From positions 1-52,123 of the forward strand of contig JAEOTC010000113.1 in the NCBI GenBank assembly GCA_016840035.1: DNA of 52,123 nucleotides, written 5' to 3'. Position numbers and translations under genes: made by a program. The DNA comes from Candidatus Hodarchaeota archaeon. Its GTDB lineage: Archaea; Asgardarchaeota; Heimdallarchaeia; Hodarchaeales; Hodarchaeaceae. The notes beneath the pieces are model-generated. The model searched no databases. It saw only the letters and a program-made list of their open reading frames with translations, and was not told the origin of the DNA. Shown in pieces: positions 30,946 through 41,100 of the stretch. Each line of letters starts with the position of its first letter. Position 1 is the stretch's first letter.

Positions 30946-33087
30946 TTACCTCTTACGTTTACGTTTTCTTAATCCTAGACTTACTAAGACTACACCTATT
31001 ATCGGAGCAATAGTGGATATGAATCCAAACCCTGGGGCAGAGGAATCATATTGATAATACATATCAGTTACGTGAGGCGTGCCTTCAGAAAGAATTACTC
31101 GGTAGAAGCCTGTTCTCAACTGTCCTTCAACTATCACGTAATAAGTTCCCGATGAGAGCTCTATTGCCTCTAATGCGGTGAACGATCCAATGTAGGTCCA
31201 ATTAAGTAAATATACATCTCCTCTAACGACTAAATCTGATGTTGGAGTATAATCAAAATAAAGATTAAGATTTTCTTCAACAATCCATTTGTAAAGATGC
31301 TTTCGTTCGATTTCTGTCATGTTAGCCGTTATAGAGTGGTTATTAATTGATTTAGATAAAATCCATGTGTATTCCAGACTATTAATTGATGTATTCTCTA
31401 ACACAGGAATCGTAATGTTAAGAAGATAGGTTTTGGTACCTAAATCATATTCAAGCACACGATACCATTCGTCACATTTTTCATTAAACAAATTGGAATC
31501 ATCAAATGATAAGGAAATGATAGACTGCGTTTCATTATCAACTAAGGTAACGGATAGTTTTGAAAGATTAAAATCACCTGTCATCCACAGCTTATAAGTT
31601 AACTCTGTATTTACTGTTAAGAGAGAACATACTGATTCTCCTTCTTCAACAGGTATAATTGTCATTTTTCCTACAATTTTTTGTTGATAATTTACCACTA
31701 ACCAGTACTGCGGGGAAAATTCAGAGTTTTTCAGTATATCAGAACATTTAAAGAAAAAAGATAGATTTGTTCCTCTTGATAGATCTGAAATTACTGTAAA
31801 ATATAAAGAACTTGAGTTATCATATTCCATCTCTGATGCTGTAAATGTATCACCAATACTATCATGATATAACGTTACATCCTCGATTGGTGAGAAATCA
31901 GCTACTTCTGCAAAAAGATAAACGTCAAACATGTTGAGTCCCTTAGGAATTACCTTTTCAAAGTAGATTACGGATGGTGCTGCAAAATCCAACCAGAGAT
32001 GAGTTTTTGCTTCGGCTGAAACTAATGTATCTGTTGGATCCTTCCATTCTGCCTTCACTATAAACCAGTTGGAGAATTCACGAGAAAGTTCAAGGGTCCA
32101 TTCTTGTATTAGAGCTGGTAAGGATATTGGATTTTCTCCACGTTCTAAATCGGGTAAATATACAGATTGTCCTTCTGTGTATTGTGAAATCCATTGAAAT
32201 TGATGAGCTGTATAACGATCTGGGTTTTCACAAACGACTGTGCTTATCATCACTCCAAGATCTTTGAGCTCTGTAACTGCAGCGAGGAGTTCAGAACCAT
32301 TATACATCGATGAACTACTATCAGTACCCACATGATCACCTGGATCACAATCTTCATCGCCAACAAGAATGATTAATTTCTGTGCGTGAGATCTCCAATT
32401 AAATGTTTTAGCAAGATATAATGCATCGCCCCATGGTTCGGTACCGCCACTTGCTGAAAAAGAATTGACCAAGGATCTCACTCTAGAGTAATCAGATGTT
32501 AAGTCGATATAATTAGATTCCGATCTCGTAGGAAATTCTGAATATCGGGTAGAACCATAGAATATTGCTCCGATTCTTAAATCTGGAATTTCACTTGATA
32601 AAGAGTCAATAAGTTTTGTGAGTTCCCTCTGGACTGAAGATAATTCTTCACCCATACTGCCAGAAACATCAATTATTAACACCAAATCCACTGTTTGTAC
32701 TGTTTGAGAATCAAGTGCTGCAACTTCTGCCTTAACTGACTTGTTTTGTCCAATACTCACACTAGTAAGTTGATCAGCATTGCTTGAGATGACTGCGATA
32801 TTTGTAGATGTGGTATCAACCGAGATCTTTTCAAAATTTACTGTGTATGTTCCGTTGTTATACATATAAATGTCGAAAGCAATATTTGAATGCATTCCTA
32901 GACTTGAGGAATTCTGTCCAATAGTGATAATTAAATCATCTGACACAACAGAGCTAGACTCTTTTATTTCTGGATCGATTTCTACTGTGTCTTTTAAATC
33001 CAATATCAGGTTTTGGCCAACATATAATGTTATTATAAATAACACAAATCCTATTATTAATATTTTCTTCATTTCTTTTTTCTCCAT
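30946..33087 (-). CDS. vWA-domain cell-surface protein with PGF-CTERM-like anchor
   Basis: N-terminal signal/TM, MIDAS DVSGS, GGTEP, ILVGDE, C-terminal APGF + TM + RKRKRKR. Confidence 0.9.
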   Translation of the reverse strand: MEKKEMKKILIIGFVLFIITLYVGQNLILDLKDTVEIDPEIKESSSVVSDDLIITIGQNSSSLGMHSNIAFDIYMYNNGTYTVNFEKISVDTTSTNIAVISSNADQLTSVSIGQNKSVKAEVAALDSQTVQTVDLVLIIDVSGSMGEELSSVQRELTKLIDSLSSEIPDLRIGAIFYGSTRYSEFPTRSESNYIDLTSDYSRVRSLVNSFSASGGTEPWGDALYLAKTFNWRSHAQKLIILVGDEDCDPGDHVGTDSSSSMYNGSELLAAVTELKDLGVMISTVVCENPDRYTAHQFQWISQYTEGQSVYLPDLERGENPISLPALIQEWTLELSREFSNWFIVKAEWKDPTDTLVSAEAKTHLWLDFAAPSVIYFEKVIPKGLNMFDVYLFAEVADFSPIEDVTLYHDSIGDTFTASEMEYDNSSSLYFTVISDLSRGTNLSFFFKCSDILKNSEFSPQYWLVVNYQQKIVGKMTIIPVEEGESVCSLLTVNTELTYKLWMTGDFNLSKLSVTLVDNETQSIISLSFDDSNLFNEKCDEWYRVLEYDLGTKTYLLNITIPVLENTSINSLEYTWILSKSINNHSITANMTEIERKHLYKWIVEENLNLYFDYTPTSDLVVRGDVYLLNWTYIGSFTALEAIELSSGTYYVIVEGQLRTGFYRVILSEGTPHVTDMYYQYDSSAPGFGFISTIAPIIGVVLVSLGLRKRKRKR

Positions 33088-33152
33088 TGAATGATAGTTT
33101 CTTGTTTAATAACAATTAACAACAAATATCATCGTATATCAATGCTGATCAT

Positions 33153-33183
33153 ACGTTTAAAAACGTTGCGCAACGTTACGCAA
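33153..33183. promoter_or_regulatory. Overlapping palindromes, probable transcription-factor operator in a divergent promoter
   Basis: Perfect 16-bp palindrome AACGTTGCGCAACGTT (33162-33177) overlapping TTGCGCAACGTTACGCAA (33166-33183, one mismatch). Confidence 0.6.
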
Positions 33184-33286
33184 CAGAGTTCAACTGCACT
33201 CCTTGTGTCAAAAACCGAAGAAGGGTTTATTATTTTCCTGAATTCTTCAATTTTCCAAAATCTATATATTTATTGAAGGAATAGGG

Positions 33287-34489
33287 TTGAATAAATTGGA
33301 TAGTAAAGGTGCTAGGAGACTCGATCCATCTGGTGAACCAATAATAACTTTTATTAATAAGATCTGCAATGATATTGGCCCTAGGATCAGCGGATCTGAA
33401 GAAGAGAAACAAGCTGGTGATCTAATTTATAACCAGATGTCATCGTTTTGTGATACAGTAGAAAAGGAAGACTTTAAATGCAGGCCAGGAGGTTTTCTTG
33501 ATTTTATTAAAATTACAGCCATTTTTTATTATATTGGAATCCTCTCGTATTTATTTGTGCCAATATTGACCTCTATCTTCCTGATAATAGGCTTAGGAAT
33601 CTATATTGTGCAACAGATCTTTCTTTATGAAGTAGTTGATTTTTTCTTCCCAGAAATATCCACATTTCACGTCATTGGGAAGATTCAACCGAAATCACCT
33701 GCAAAAAAACTCGTTTTACTTTCAGGACATCATGATTCCGCCTATGAGTTTCCAATTTTCAGTAAGTTGGGAGAGAAATCATCATATGTTATCTTAGGTA
33801 CAGTTGGGGTAGTGGTCATTAATATTCTAATAGGATTTCTACGAACAGTTTTCACTACTCCGAATATTATTCAATTGTTGGATATAACGCAATTTGTGTT
33901 TGCATTAGTGGGAATAGTACTAATTACTATAATCGCACTATTTTTACGGTCAAATAATGTGGTCATGGGAGCAAACGATAATTTAACAGCCGTTGGCGCA
34001 GTTCTTGAATGTGGAAAGTATTTTGCATCACATAAACCAGAAGAAACAGAGATCTGGTTGATTAGTTTTGCAGGGGAAGAGCATATGCGAGGATCAAAAC
34101 GCTTCGTATCTACTAATAGAAAAGAAATTCTCAATCGCGATGGTATGCTATTCAATATGGAAACACTCAGTGCTGATGAATATTTACTTGCAACTCAAGA
34201 ACCAATGTTTCTTGCAAAACATTCACCTAAAGTAGTTGATATCGTATCTACTGCAGCAAAACAGGTTGATATTCCACTAAGAATTGGCCCCTTACCATTT
34301 GCAGGTAGTGATGCGGCAAATTTTTCGAGGAAAGGAATTCACGCATCAACAATATTCGGTTTAGCCAAAGAGGGTACACCCCCCCATTGGCATACTTTGG
34401 AGGATACACCCGACAAAATTTCTGGGCCTAAGATAGTGAGGGCTGCTGAACTCGCCATTCAATTTGTAATTGAGGTTGACGAATTATAA
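33287..34489 (+). CDS. Membrane-embedded M28 family metallopeptidase
   Basis: GPRISGSEEE, GHHDS, GANDN, GEE, SDA, HWHTLEDT, with inserted TM hairpins. Confidence 0.9.
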   Translation: MNKLDSKGARRLDPSGEPIITFINKICNDIGPRISGSEEEKQAGDLIYNQMSSFCDTVEKEDFKCRPGGFLDFIKITAIFYYIGILSYLFVPILTSIFLIIGLGIYIVQQIFLYEVVDFFFPEISTFHVIGKIQPKSPAKKLVLLSGHHDSAYEFPIFSKLGEKSSYVILGTVGVVVINILIGFLRTVFTTPNIIQLLDITQFVFALVGIVLITIIALFLRSNNVVMGANDNLTAVGAVLECGKYFASHKPEETEIWLISFAGEEHMRGSKRFVSTNRKEILNRDGMLFNMETLSADEYLLATQEPMFLAKHSPKVVDIVSTAAKQVDIPLRIGPLPFAGSDAANFSRKGIHASTIFGLAKEGTPPHWHTLEDTPDKISGPKIVRAAELAIQFVIEVDEL

Positions 34490-35095
34490 ATTTTCTTGGA
34501 ATGTGTGCTGTAGGTTTCCTGGATCAATTCCTGAAATAGTTATTTCCCCTTTCTCATTTGTGATAATTTCCATTTCCGGAATGTCTTCGAGAATATATTT
34601 CTTATAAAATTCTGAAGTGTACCAGTAAATTTTGTTATTTGAACCCCTCAATCCAGACTGTATTTTCAATTTATGGTTGTACCTACCCGCAATTATCAGA
34701 TCCACATTATTCGCAATAGAATTAATCTCTGGAAATTGTAAAAGCTCCCCTTTTGTGTATCCTGTCAGGATAATGACTCCTAAATCTGTTTGGCTCTTTA
34801 TCAGAGAAACAAGTGCCGCTAGATCTTCGATTTGCTGGAAGGGTTCTCCTCCTGTTATCGTTACTCCGATTATCTTTTCCTCTGAGCGATAAAATCTGAT
34901 TTCTTCAACGATCCTCTCGATTTCGACTTCTATTCCCAAATCTCTATCGTGAGTTTGGGGATTGAAACAACCTTTACAGTTCAAAGTGCACCCCTGAACC
35001 CAGATAGTGTAATGAGCCCCTGGCCCATTTACCTCAGAAATTGGTATTACTGAAAAAATCTTCATGAATTTTCCCTTTTTGACCATAGAATTCAA
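34484..35095 (-). CDS. Radical SAM protein, NrdG-like activase family
   Basis: NGPG, WVQGCTLNCKGCFNP (CxxxCxxC), TGGEPFQQ, RGSNN; start uncertain. Confidence 0.88.
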   Translation of the reverse strand: MNSMVKKGKFMKIFSVIPISEVNGPGAHYTIWVQGCTLNCKGCFNPQTHDRDLGIEVEIERIVEEIRFYRSEEKIIGVTITGGEPFQQIEDLAALVSLIKSQTDLGVIILTGYTKGELLQFPEINSIANNVDLIIAGRYNHKLKIQSGLRGSNNKIYWYTSEFYKKYILEDIPEMEIITNEKGEITISGIDPGNLQHTFQENL

Positions 35096-35285
35096 ATTGG
35101 ATTATGTATGGAATACATGAATGTTTTAGGTATTTTATATTTTGTTAGGGAGGGATGTTTCAAAGTGAATTTATCCGAATGTGAATTCGTGAAAAAAACT
35201 ATTAATTAATTCAAATAATATTGGATAGAGCTCGAATGAGATATTCAGAAGCCTTTCTTCTGAGTTAATACAAAGGGGCAGCTTA

Positions 35286-37625
35286 ATGGATATGAATCTT
35301 GATAGATTTTTAGCTCTTCTAGAGGAAGAATCGAAGGATCGTCCAAACCTTATCCCTTTTTTCAGATCAATCTTTGTATACTATTTCGTTTTTGCCAGCA
35401 TCAACACTTCTAAGGTCACGGATAGGCGATTATTCCTAAAAAATATTTTTGAAACATCTTCTTCCCCTTATCTAGAATTCGTGTTTAAATCTTTCAGGTT
35501 TGATAAGTTTACAGACGTGAAAGAATACCTGCAAGGGACGAAATGGTGGTGGGAGTATATTGTAATTATAAAAAATGAAGGACTTAGTATTTATCATCTA
35601 TCTAAGCTCTATGAGTCAACATCAGGTCCAAAAAAGAGAAAAACCACTGGTTCCTTTTTCACTCCTAAAGAACTGGTTCGTTTCATCTGTCGATATAGTT
35701 TATCCCAATATTTAATAATAGATGATACTTTAGAAGTTGATTCTTCGACAATACATAGAATAATCTTCAATAGTGACATTTCAGAAGATGATCAGGTTAT
35801 TTGCAGAAAGATTCTAGATATAATCTCATCTATGTCAATAATTGATCCTAGTGTTGGAATTGGGCTCTTTTTTCATGAAATAATAGAGGTTTTCACTCCT
35901 ATCCTTTCAAAGGTAAGAAGTTCAAATTCCAAATCTGATTTTCAGACCATGTTTGAATCTTTGTTACAAAACCTGATTGGTTATGATATAGACTCTGATA
36001 AGATCATTTTAACAAAATTCCTACTTTTGCATCATTGGATTGCCCAAATCACCCCTAGTCAGTTTTTATCAATTGAAGCAATAGAAAAATTTCTTAAATC
36101 ATTAATAAATATTAAAAATGAGGATTTTTTACTCGAAGAAAATTCAGTAAATTTGAAATTTGATTTATGTGTCGGTAATCCCCCTTATGTTCGACATCAT
36201 GAAATAGATAAAAAGAAAATAATTGAAAAACTCATTACCACTCCTGAATACCAATCTGTTTTTTCAGGAGCAAAACGGTCGATTGATTCAAAGGCAGATC
36301 TTTATGTTTATTTTTGGATCAAGCTAATCCTGAATCTAAATTTAAATGGTATTTTTGGACTAGTCTTATCACGATCTTGGTATTCTTCACGCTTTATCGA
36401 ACCGATAAATGCGCTTCTCTTTGAGAAATACCTGAATATTGATTTAGTCCTTGAACTTCCATTAGAATCATGGAAATCCGCAGAAATTATCACAAATATT
36501 ATAGTAGGTCATAAGGTAACAGATTTCAATCGCTTACATTCGTCCAATGTGATCGTTTGGAAGGGAAAATTAGCTAAATTACTTGAAAATACTTCACCTC
36601 TTACGAATTATCTCAGTATAGAAAATAATATCCGTTCTGCAATTAATTCTGAGAGTGTAGTTGAGTCCTGGGAAAATGAGGAAATAAGAATAAGCCAAGT
36701 AACCAATCCTCACCTTCTATTCTCGTCTAATAGGTCTGAGCAGTTTCCAGTAATTCGATTAGATTACCTTACAATGGCCCCTTTCCTTCTTCATCAGGTT
36801 CTTATGGCGAATAAGGGGAAATTTTGTTTCTTAAAGCAGCTTGGAAGGTTAAGCTTAGGGTCTACAACTGGAGCAAACAAATTTTTCTATTTAACAGAGG
36901 AAGCTGTTCAATCTGCCGGTCTTTCGTTCGATCACCTCGTTCCAATGACCAAATCACCGAAAGATTATATGAACTTAACTAAGGCTTCTCCCAAAAAGCC
37001 TCTATACCTATTACACATTCCAGTCGATTATGATATTGGGGAGGATGAAAAATTAAGACAGCTTTTAGAGAGGAATAAAGATGAAATCTTCTCCCGACCA
37101 TATTTTCGAAATAAAAACGAATCAAACTGGTATCGTATAAAAAAAATTCAACCTGATATTCTCATACCGAATATGACCTTTTTACGATCGTTTGTTGCAT
37201 TTAATCCACAGAAATTGCATATAGATAAACAATGGATTGGTTTTTGGTCAGAAAATTCACTTTGGGATAATTTTTTACTTGGTTTTTTCAATTCATCTTT
37301 AGGAATGCTGTTACGTGAAATCCAAGGTACTAGAACCTTAGGATTAGGATCTTTGAAATTATCACTGAATGAATGTAAAAATCTACTTATTTTAGATCCC
37401 AAGAAAATCCCAGATACAATTCTGAAACAAATAAATGAACTAATTGTACAAATGATGGAGTTAACCATTCCTAGACTGGGAGAAAAGACTAAATATTCGG
37501 AGATACAAACCGAACTTGACCGTCTCATTTGTGTTGAATATTTACAATTACCTCCCCCTATATTGGAGGAGATTCAACACGCATTGAAGTTTGAGGTAGA
37601 ATGGCGTCTAGGAAGGTCATTGTAA
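35286..37625 (+). CDS. Gamma-class N6-adenine DNA methyltransferase (Eco57I/TaqI-like), no recognisable nuclease domain
   Basis: Motif X GSFFTP, motif I IDPSVGIGLF, motif IV GNPPYVRH, ADLYVYF, TTGANKFF, FNSS in the TRD. Confidence 0.85.
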   Translation: MDMNLDRFLALLEEESKDRPNLIPFFRSIFVYYFVFASINTSKVTDRRLFLKNIFETSSSPYLEFVFKSFRFDKFTDVKEYLQGTKWWWEYIVIIKNEGLSIYHLSKLYESTSGPKKRKTTGSFFTPKELVRFICRYSLSQYLIIDDTLEVDSSTIHRIIFNSDISEDDQVICRKILDIISSMSIIDPSVGIGLFFHEIIEVFTPILSKVRSSNSKSDFQTMFESLLQNLIGYDIDSDKIILTKFLLLHHWIAQITPSQFLSIEAIEKFLKSLINIKNEDFLLEENSVNLKFDLCVGNPPYVRHHEIDKKKIIEKLITTPEYQSVFSGAKRSIDSKADLYVYFWIKLILNLNLNGIFGLVLSRSWYSSRFIEPINALLFEKYLNIDLVLELPLESWKSAEIITNIIVGHKVTDFNRLHSSNVIVWKGKLAKLLENTSPLTNYLSIENNIRSAINSESVVESWENEEIRISQVTNPHLLFSSNRSEQFPVIRLDYLTMAPFLLHQVLMANKGKFCFLKQLGRLSLGSTTGANKFFYLTEEAVQSAGLSFDHLVPMTKSPKDYMNLTKASPKKPLYLLHIPVDYDIGEDEKLRQLLERNKDEIFSRPYFRNKNESNWYRIKKIQPDILIPNMTFLRSFVAFNPQKLHIDKQWIGFWSENSLWDNFLLGFFNSSLGMLLREIQGTRTLGLGSLKLSLNECKNLLILDPKKIPDTILKQINELIVQMMELTIPRLGEKTKYSEIQTELDRLICVEYLQLPPPILEEIQHALKFEVEWRLGRSL

Positions 37626-38431
37626 TGATATCTCCTAATTCTGCAAAAAATATTATGAAAGGAACTAAGAACATGGCAAAACAGGTCATTTTTCACGAAG
37701 ATTACTATCTAGAATATACTTTTGATCCTGCTGCGAAACCTGGAAGAATGGAAGCAATTATGGAGGAATTAAGAGATTATTCGATCATTTCTCCAACTCC
37801 AGCTACAGTAGAGGATGTTTTACTTGTCCATACAGAGGATCATCTTTCCCGTGTACAGAATGATTTAGACCAAGTATATCAGAATGCTTTACTCGCTGTG
37901 GGTGGAGCAATGCTAGCCGCTGAGTATGCCTATAATCAACAACCGATATTTGCTGCTATTCGTCCCCCAGGTCACCACGCCTCACCTGACGGTTATTGGG
38001 GTTTTTGTTATTTTAATAATGTCGCTATTGCCGTTAGATATTATTGTATCAATAAAAACATACAAAACGCTCTTATCGTGGATTTTGATTTACATTATGG
38101 TGATGGATCCAACAATACCTTCAGGAATGATCCTCTGGTCACATATTATTCAGGTGATGGTCATACTCCAGAAGAATTCATATCCAATCTAATTGATTTT
38201 CTTGCCCAACATGGTGATTCGGAATTTTTAGCTGTATCTGCTGGATTCGACCGACACGAACATGATTGGGGAAAACTCCTTTCTACGGAAGATTATCGGA
38301 CAATTGGTTCACTATTGAAATCTTATAGCGAGGATCATGGTCAGAACAGACGTTTTGCCTGTCTTGAAGGGGGTTACAATCATTCCGTCTTAGGAAAGAA
38401 TGTGAGGGCATTTATCGAAGGTTTTTATTAG
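37625..38431 (+). CDS. Histone deacetylase family (Zn-dependent) protein
   Basis: RPPGHHA, GFCYFNN, DFDLHYGDG, SAGFD, LEGGY. Start is either ATG 37625 (TAATG overlap) or ATG 37673. Confidence 0.92.
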   Translation: MISPNSAKNIMKGTKNMAKQVIFHEDYYLEYTFDPAAKPGRMEAIMEELRDYSIISPTPATVEDVLLVHTEDHLSRVQNDLDQVYQNALLAVGGAMLAAEYAYNQQPIFAAIRPPGHHASPDGYWGFCYFNNVAIAVRYYCINKNIQNALIVDFDLHYGDGSNNTFRNDPLVTYYSGDGHTPEEFISNLIDFLAQHGDSEFLAVSAGFDRHEHDWGKLLSTEDYRTIGSLLKSYSEDHGQNRRFACLEGGYNHSVLGKNVRAFIEGFY

Positions 38432-38443
38432 ATTATTCGACCT

Positions 38444-38764
38444 TCATCCACTCAATAGTTCTTGCATTCGATTTTTATATTCTTTGAAGGCTTTCTGTCC
38501 TTCTTCTGTAATTTCTAAGATCGTAACGGGTTTTTTACCTCGGAATGACTTAATAATATTAATATATCCTGCTTCTTCCAGTTTAGATGCGTGAGTTGAA
38601 AGGTTTCCCCAAGTAAGATCAGTTTTTATCTTGAAAAAGATTAAATCAGCGTTTTTGACAACATATAGATAAGACAGAATGATAAGACGTGAGGGGACAT
38701 GTATTACCTTATCTAGATCTGTTTGAAAACGACTCTCTTTTGGAGTGTCTTTTAAATCGTCCAA
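38444..38764 (-). CDS. Winged-helix transcriptional regulator (HTH_34/MarR-like)
   Basis: VIHVPSRLIIL, LTWGNLSTHASKLEEAGYI, KSFRGKKPVT. Confidence 0.88.
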   Translation of the reverse strand: MDDLKDTPKESRFQTDLDKVIHVPSRLIILSYLYVVKNADLIFFKIKTDLTWGNLSTHASKLEEAGYINIIKSFRGKKPVTILEITEEGQKAFKEYKNRMQELLSG

Positions 38765-38766
38765 GA

Positions 38767-39408
38767 TTAATCTTCCTCTAAGTCAATTACTGGATAATTG
38801 CGGATAAACCATATAAATCTTAATATTCCTAATACAAGGACTAAAAGTCCAAAAGAAAAGAAATAAAGAATTATCGCATCGAATTTGTTTGGAAAATCTA
38901 ACAACGCGATTGCGAATCCTAAGAGAGTGGAAAAACCAAAAAAGCTGTAATAATATCGTCTACCTGTTTTATCTGCCAAAAAAGCACTTGGCCCAAACAT
39001 AATTAGTCCAAAGATAAATGGAACCCATCCGTACCATTGTGAGGGATCTAAAATCTTTCCCTCAAAGATGATCATAGCTAAACATGTAAGAATCAGTATT
39101 ACTAAACAGAATAATAGAAATTCTATCACAGTCTTTTGTGTAGAGGATTGTTCATCTAATCCTGCCACTTTGAATTCTACTCTTCCAATACGTGGATAAG
39201 TTGTATATTGGCGGATGTACTCAAATAACCGAGGGCCAAAGAACAGGAGAAAAGGTATATATATCACAAAAACGGGATTTAGATACATTAGCGGTGTTGA
39301 TAGTAATACTACTCCTACAAATAATTCTGTTAATCCATCAATAAGGAATTCATTGTATGTTTTTTGTTCGAGTTGCTTTAAATCAGGTTTTTCATTCATT
39401 ACCTTCAC
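38767..39408 (-). CDS. Membrane protein co-transcribed with the wHTH regulator
   Basis: DGLxE, TYPRIG, about 6 TM, FIRNYP; 2-bp gap to the regulator. Confidence 0.8.
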   Translation of the reverse strand: MKVMNEKPDLKQLEQKTYNEFLIDGLTELFVGVVLLSTPLMYLNPVFVIYIPFLLFFGPRLFEYIRQYTTYPRIGRVEFKVAGLDEQSSTQKTVIEFLLFCLVILILTCLAMIIFEGKILDPSQWYGWVPFIFGLIMFGPSAFLADKTGRRYYYSFFGFSTLLGFAIALLDFPNKFDAIILYFFSFGLLVLVLGILRFIWFIRNYPVIDLEED

Positions 39409-39576
39409 CAGAATTTAATATACTTATAATTACAGGAGAGCTTTATCTCTAATAAATAGCTTTGTAATGCGGAAGTACTTTGTCATAGTTATATTGAAAT
39501 ATTCGTAGCTAAAATTAATAGGAGTTGGTGCTGAAACGATTTCTATAGAGAAATTTACTTTCAAGAAGGAAGTACT

Positions 39577-40461
39577 ATGGGAATAATACGTACACCAGAT
39601 GAAAATTTTGATAATTTACCTGATTACCCCTACAAACCAAATTATTTGATGGTTGATGAAGCTAGAGTTCATTATATTGATGAAGGTTCTGGCAATGTTA
39701 TTTTATGTCTGCATGGCGAACCAACTTATTCATTCCTCTACCGGAAGATGTTCAAACCATTTTTGGATGCTAATAAGAGAGTAGTATCATTTGATTTTAT
39801 TGGATTTGGAAAATCTGATAAGTACACTTTACTTGAGGAATACACCTATGATATGCATTATAATACACTTGATAATGTGGTTAGAAAATTAGGTTTGAAG
39901 GATATAACATTAGTAGTTCAAGATTGGGGCGGGTTGATTGGCCTACCATTCGCTGCAAATAATCCAGACTTAATATCGAATTTAGTGATAATGAATACAG
40001 GTTTACCTTCAGGAAGATCTCCTCCAAATGAGGCCTTCCTTCAATGGCGAGAATTTGTTGAAAATAATCCTGATTTACCAATAGGTATGGTTATAGAAAT
40101 GGGGTTAGCTAATAGGAATAAGGTGTCTGCTGAAGTCATAAATGCCTATAACGCTCCTTTCCCAAGTGAAGATTATAAAGTAGGGGCTCGTGCATGGCCA
40201 TTACTTGTTCCAATCGCACCAGAAGATTCTGTGGCCGGGATCATGGTAAAGGCAAGAGAAAAATTAAAAGAATGGAATAAACCTGCACTTGTTATGTTTT
40301 CCGACAAAGATCCTATAACGAGAGGTGCGGACAATTTTTTTCGAAAATTAATCCCTACTGCAAGTAAAAATCCAGAAATCGTAATAAAAGATGCAGGTCA
40401 CTTTTTACAGGAGGAGAAAGGTGAAGAAATTGCAAACCACATCCTTAAATTCATAGGATGA
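39577..40461 (+). CDS. Haloalkane dehalogenase (alpha/beta hydrolase)
   Basis: RTPDENF, LHGEP, nucleophile QDWGG, DKDPI, GHFLQE. Confidence 0.92.
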   Translation: MGIIRTPDENFDNLPDYPYKPNYLMVDEARVHYIDEGSGNVILCLHGEPTYSFLYRKMFKPFLDANKRVVSFDFIGFGKSDKYTLLEEYTYDMHYNTLDNVVRKLGLKDITLVVQDWGGLIGLPFAANNPDLISNLVIMNTGLPSGRSPPNEAFLQWREFVENNPDLPIGMVIEMGLANRNKVSAEVINAYNAPFPSEDYKVGARAWPLLVPIAPEDSVAGIMVKAREKLKEWNKPALVMFSDKDPITRGADNFFRKLIPTASKNPEIVIKDAGHFLQEEKGEEIANHILKFIG

Positions 40462-40492
40462 AGGTTATCTTGAGTAGAATTGTGAAAAATAG

Positions 40493-41092
40493 GTGTTGTT
40501 TTTGTCAAAAAGTATATATACACGGAAAGGGGATAAAGGAAAGACTGGAGTGTTAACGGGAGAAAGAATTGAAAAAATTGCTCCTCGTATTGAAGCCTAT
40601 GGGACGGTTGATGAACTCATCGCAAGCTTAGGAATAAGCAAAGTATTCTCAGAAAAAATTCTTGCGGAATATATTCGCAAAATACAACAGCATCTTTTTA
40701 TGGTTGCAGCTGAATTAGCAACGCCAATTCATCATTTCAAAGAGAAAAATGAGCTTGTAAGAGGTATAAAAAGGACTAGTGCCAAAGATATAACTGAATT
40801 AGAAGAAATCGCAGATAAATTAACAGATCAACTCCCTCCAATTAAGAATTTTGTAATTCCTGGTGGAACAGAATCAGCAGCATTCTTACATCAATCCAGA
40901 ACAATTTGTCGACGTGCAGAGAGAAACATTATCCGCTTTATGGAGAAGGAGGAAGTCAATCCTGAGATCTTACGTTATATCAATAGACTATCAGATTTAC
41001 TATTTGTCTTCAGTCGATTTGCTAATGTCAAATTGGGAGATGGAGATCACATTATCTCTCGCCAAGGAGTAATTCACCAAAAAGATGACTGA
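40493..41092 (+). CDS. pduO: Cob(I)alamin adenosyltransferase, PduO type
   Basis: IYTRKGDKGKT, AYGTVDEL, FVIPGG, RTICRRAER, YINRLSDLLF. Confidence 0.93.
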   Translation: MLFLSKSIYTRKGDKGKTGVLTGERIEKIAPRIEAYGTVDELIASLGISKVFSEKILAEYIRKIQQHLFMVAAELATPIHHFKEKNELVRGIKRTSAKDITELEEIADKLTDQLPPIKNFVIPGGTESAAFLHQSRTICRRAERNIIRFMEKEEVNPEILRYINRLSDLLFVFSRFANVKLGDGDHIISRQGVIHQKDD

Positions 41093-41100
41093 ATGCGACC

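Noticed and set aside
33091-33412. 60-61 aa ORFs in the vWA/M28 divergent spacer
   Set aside because: They overlap the promoter palindrome or the M28 gene and have no RBS or protein-like features
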